DNA from: Octopus sinensis
Lineage: Eukaryota
Assembly: GCF_006345805.1 (NCBI RefSeq)
Contig: NW_021827841.1
Span: 1 to 9,681, forward strand
Reading direction: 5' to 3'
DNA: 9,681 nt
The position numbers were made by a program, and so were the translations under genes. Below the pieces are notes generated by a model, which was not told the origin of the DNA, ran no database searches, and was given only the letters and a program-made list of their open reading frames with translations. Of this stretch, positions 6,925 to 9,681 are shown one piece after another (position 1 is the first letter of the stretch; each line of letters begins with the position of its first letter).

Positions 6925-7339
6925 GGCGGCGAGCTGGCAGAAACGTGAGCACGTCGGGCGAAATGCGTGGCCGTATTTCGTCTGCGGTTACGTTCTGAGT
7001 TCAAATTCCGTCGAGGTCGACTTTGCCTTTCATCCTTTCGGGGTCGATAAATTAAGTACCATTTACGCACTGGGGTCGATGTAATCGATCTAATACCTAT
7101 GTCTGTCCTTGTTTGTCCCCTCTGTGTTTAGCCCCTTCTGGGTAGTATAGAAATAGGTATTTCGTCTGCTATTACATTCTGAGTTCAAATTCCGCCGAGG
7201 TCGACTTTGCCTTTCATCCTTTCGGGGTCGATAAATGAAGTGCCAGTTGCACACTGGGGTCGATATAATCGACTTAATCCCTTTGTCTGTCTTTGCTTGT
7301 CCCCTCTATGTTTAGCCCCTTGTGGGCAATAAATAAATA
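6925..7339 (+). mobile_element. tRNA-derived SINE family B, dimer (48-bp head plus two 184-bp units)
   Basis: Head GGCGGCGAGCTGGCAGAA; B boxes GAGTTCAAATTCC at 6997-7009 and 7181-7193; units 6973-7156 and 7157-7339; central GTCGACTTTGCCTTTCATCCTTTCGGGGTCGATAAA resembles the Meta/MESC SINE domain (recall); 17-bp TSD at 6905-6921 and 7343-7359 (1 mismatch). Confidence 0.92.
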
Positions 7340-7359
7340 TATATATGAATATGTAGCTA

Positions 7360-7737
7360 GGTGCATGCGTGGCAATGTGGTAAGAAGCTTGCTTCCCAAC
7401 CACATGGTTTCGAGTTCCCTCCCATTGCATAGCACCTTGGGCAAGTGTCTTCTACTATAGCCTCGGACTGACCAAAGCCTTGTGAGTGGATTTGGTAGAC
7501 GGACACTGAAACAAGCTCGTCGTATAAGTATGTGTGTCTTTATTCATCCCCATTTGACAACCGATCTTGGTGCGGTACGTCCCAGTAACTTAGCAGTTCA
7601 GCGAAAGACACCGGGAGAATAAGTGCCAGCTTTTAAAAAATATGTACTACGATCGACTCATCCGTCTAAAAACTATTAAAGGCAGTGCCCCAGCATGACC
7701 GCAGTCTAATGACTGAAACAAGTAAAAAGATAAAAGA
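7360..7737 (+). mobile_element. SINE family A, copy 2 (more diverged variant)
   Basis: Colinear with 3652-4060 from GGTGCATGCGTGGC to CAGTCTAATGACTGAAACAAGTAAAAAGATAAAAGA. Confidence 0.9.
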
Positions 7738-7745
7738 TATATTTT

Positions 7746-7942
7746 TTTGTCCCCTCATCATCACTTGACAACCGATGTTGCTGTGTTTACGTCCCTGTAA
7801 CTTAATGGTTCGGTAAAAGAAGCAGATAGAGTAAGTACTAGGCTTACAAAGAATAATTCCTGAGATCAATGTTTTCGACGAAAGGCGGTGCTCCAGCATG
7901 GTCGCAGTCAAATGATTGAAACGTATAAAAGAATAAAATAAA
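7746..7942 (+). mobile_element. SINE family A, 3' half only (copy 3)
   Basis: Aligns to about 3865-4055 (TTGACAACCGATG...GGCTTACAAAGAATAA...GGCGGTGCTCCAGCATGG...CAGTCAAATGA). Confidence 0.88.
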
Positions 7943-8333
7943 CCCTAATGATATCCGTGGGGCAGCTGATAATAGGGGTATGTCGGATTGTTGGTATGAC
8001 TGTTTTTGTATATGTAGAATAGTGTTATAACACATCCTTTTGATATATATGTATATCTTACTGTACACCACCTGCTCTTTGATGCAACAACGTGTGTTAA
8101 TTACAGAATAGCATCGGATAGATTCCTACTCGTGGCTTGCCGTGGAACTGAGAATATTAAGAAATTTGCCCAAGGCAATATAGGTTTATGCAAAAGAATG
8201 CAATTATCAGTAGCTTGTATGCATAGATTTAAGTATTTTTTGCATAAATATTACTCTCCGTGAATTTCCTGTTGGTTCGAGGAGAAAAAGCGTTAATTTC
8301 GAAGTGCTTTCAAAAGTTAATAGCGCATAATAC

Positions 8334-8749
8334 CTATTTCTTTACTACACACAAGGGGCTAAACACAGAGAGGACAAACAAGGACAGACAAGCGAATTAA
8401 GTCGATTACATCTACCCCAGTGCATAACTGATACTTATTTAATCGACCCCGAAAGGATGAAAGGCAAAGTCGACCTCGGCGGAATTTGAACTCAGAAAGT
8501 AAGGGCAGATGAAATCCCTATTTCTTTATTACCCACAGCGGGGTAAACATAGAGGGGACAAACAGGGACAGACAAACAGATTAAGTCGATTACATCGACC
8601 CCAGTGCGTGACTGGTACTTGATTTATTGACCCCGAAAGGATGAAAGGCAAAGTCGACCTCGGCGGAATTTGAACGCAGAACGTAACGAAGGACGAAATA
8701 CCGCTAAGCTTTTCTCCCCACGTGCTAACGTTGCTGCCAGCTCGCCGCC
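8334..8749 (-). mobile_element. SINE family B, second dimer
   Basis: Reverse-strand copy of 6925-7339: head plus unit 1 at 8749-8518, unit 2 at 8517-8334 (184-bp period); 14-bp TSD TAGCGCATAATACC 8321-8334 and TAGAGCATAATACC 8753-8766. Confidence 0.93.
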
Positions 8750-8770
8750 TTTTAGAGCATAATACCACTA

Positions 8771-8824
8771 ACACACACACACACACACACACATACACAC
8801 ACACACATACACACATACACACAC
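8771..8824. repeat. (CA)n microsatellite
   Basis: Direct reading. Confidence 0.97.
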
Positions 8825-9281
8825 GATCATATATCAATTTTTAAATAATATTGTTTTAAAATAGTACTTAAAGTATTACTTAAGCAACAATGTAATTTCA
8901 TGAGGACAGTTCTTATCGTAACCTCGCCTCATGAATTTTAAAGAAAAAGAAATAAAATGCCGGGCGTTAGCTTGAAACTGTCATTTTTACCTATGTCGAT
9001 CACACTACGATATGTTTAAAAAAAAGTACAATGACAAGCGTTATCTTCATAATTTTCATATATTATTTGAATTTCAAGACATATTCAAAGGACAACTAAT
9101 TCAAGAGGAAACAGGATTACCAGCTGAATTATAGGAAATATGATAGCCAGAGTACAGAAATTACGGGCTTTTCCAGTTAAAAGGTATTACGTTTATGATT
9201 TATTTGAGTTCAATAACGTATCCCAACACAATGAATCAACATTAAACAACTTAACAGAACAGAAAAATCAGTTCACAACAA

Positions 9282-9334
9282 TATTTCTCTGAAGATTCCC
9301 CGAAGAAGAGCCCTAACCCCGAAATATTGAAATA
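9282..9334 (+). other. Decayed hammerhead-like motif
   Basis: TATTTC-T-CTGAAGA (9289-9295)...second CCGAAGA (9300-9306)...CCC-GAAA (9321-9324)-TA-TT-GAAATA. TATTTC/GAAATA can close stem I and ATAT is a palindrome at stem III, but stem II is poor. Confidence 0.4.
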
Positions 9335-9423
9335 CAGATACAACTATCCACTATTTCCTATAAATTGCATTGTTTTGGCGTTAAAAATGTTAAAAACATA
9401 CATGTATGTATGCGTGTGTGTAC

Positions 9424-9426
<3 letters not shown>

Positions 9427-9457
<31 letters not shown>
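9427..9457. repeat. (TA)n microsatellite
   Basis: Direct reading. Confidence 0.97.
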
Positions 9458-9459
<2 letters not shown>

Positions 9460-9681
9460 GAAGTATAAGCAAAGGAAAAATTGCAAGTGTAGAAGAACTT
9501 TAATTCAATTCAAATCCAAGTTGGTAAAGAACCAATATATATTCTACAAATTGTTTCGGAGTCTTATTAATTCCAAAGACAAAGACGAAAAACTCTTATG
9601 ATGCAAATTAGATTCCTTTGAAGGATTTCGGTCCTCACCTCTTATATACACAACACACACCGTCACACAAACACACACAAC

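Noticed and set aside
6973-7339. CRISPR-like or satellite array
   Set aside because: Two 184-bp units without spacers inside a TSD-bounded SINE, in a eukaryotic context with no cas genes.
9543-9612. Minus-strand GAAACAATTTGT with a GAGT/ACTC stem, hammerhead candidate
   Set aside because: The CUGANGA core matches at only about 4 of 7 positions and there is no stem I.

Overview
Non-coding, repeat-saturated animal genomic DNA (intronic or intergenic). The SINE families and microsatellite load look like an octopus (cephalopod) genome, which is an inference from recalled repeat families and not a database result. No intact protein-coding gene is supported; the ORF track is almost entirely translated microsatellites and SINEs. 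Content: many simple repeats; tRNA-derived SINE family A (2 full copies plus one 3' half); SINE family B, present twice as a head plus 2x184-bp dimer, each enclosed by one target-site duplication; the decayed 3' end of a restriction-like-endonuclease (R4/Dong-type) non-LTR retrotransposon split by a SINE; a mariner-derived MITE; an inverted duplication enclosing a Penelope-type minimal hammerhead motif; three further decayed hammerhead-like motifs; and two short unique islands dense in transcription-factor motifs. The best leads are the TSD-bounded SINE dimers, the shared covarying 3' hairpin, the hammerhead motifs and the inverted duplication. I cannot tell from sequence alone whether any of these is undescribed.
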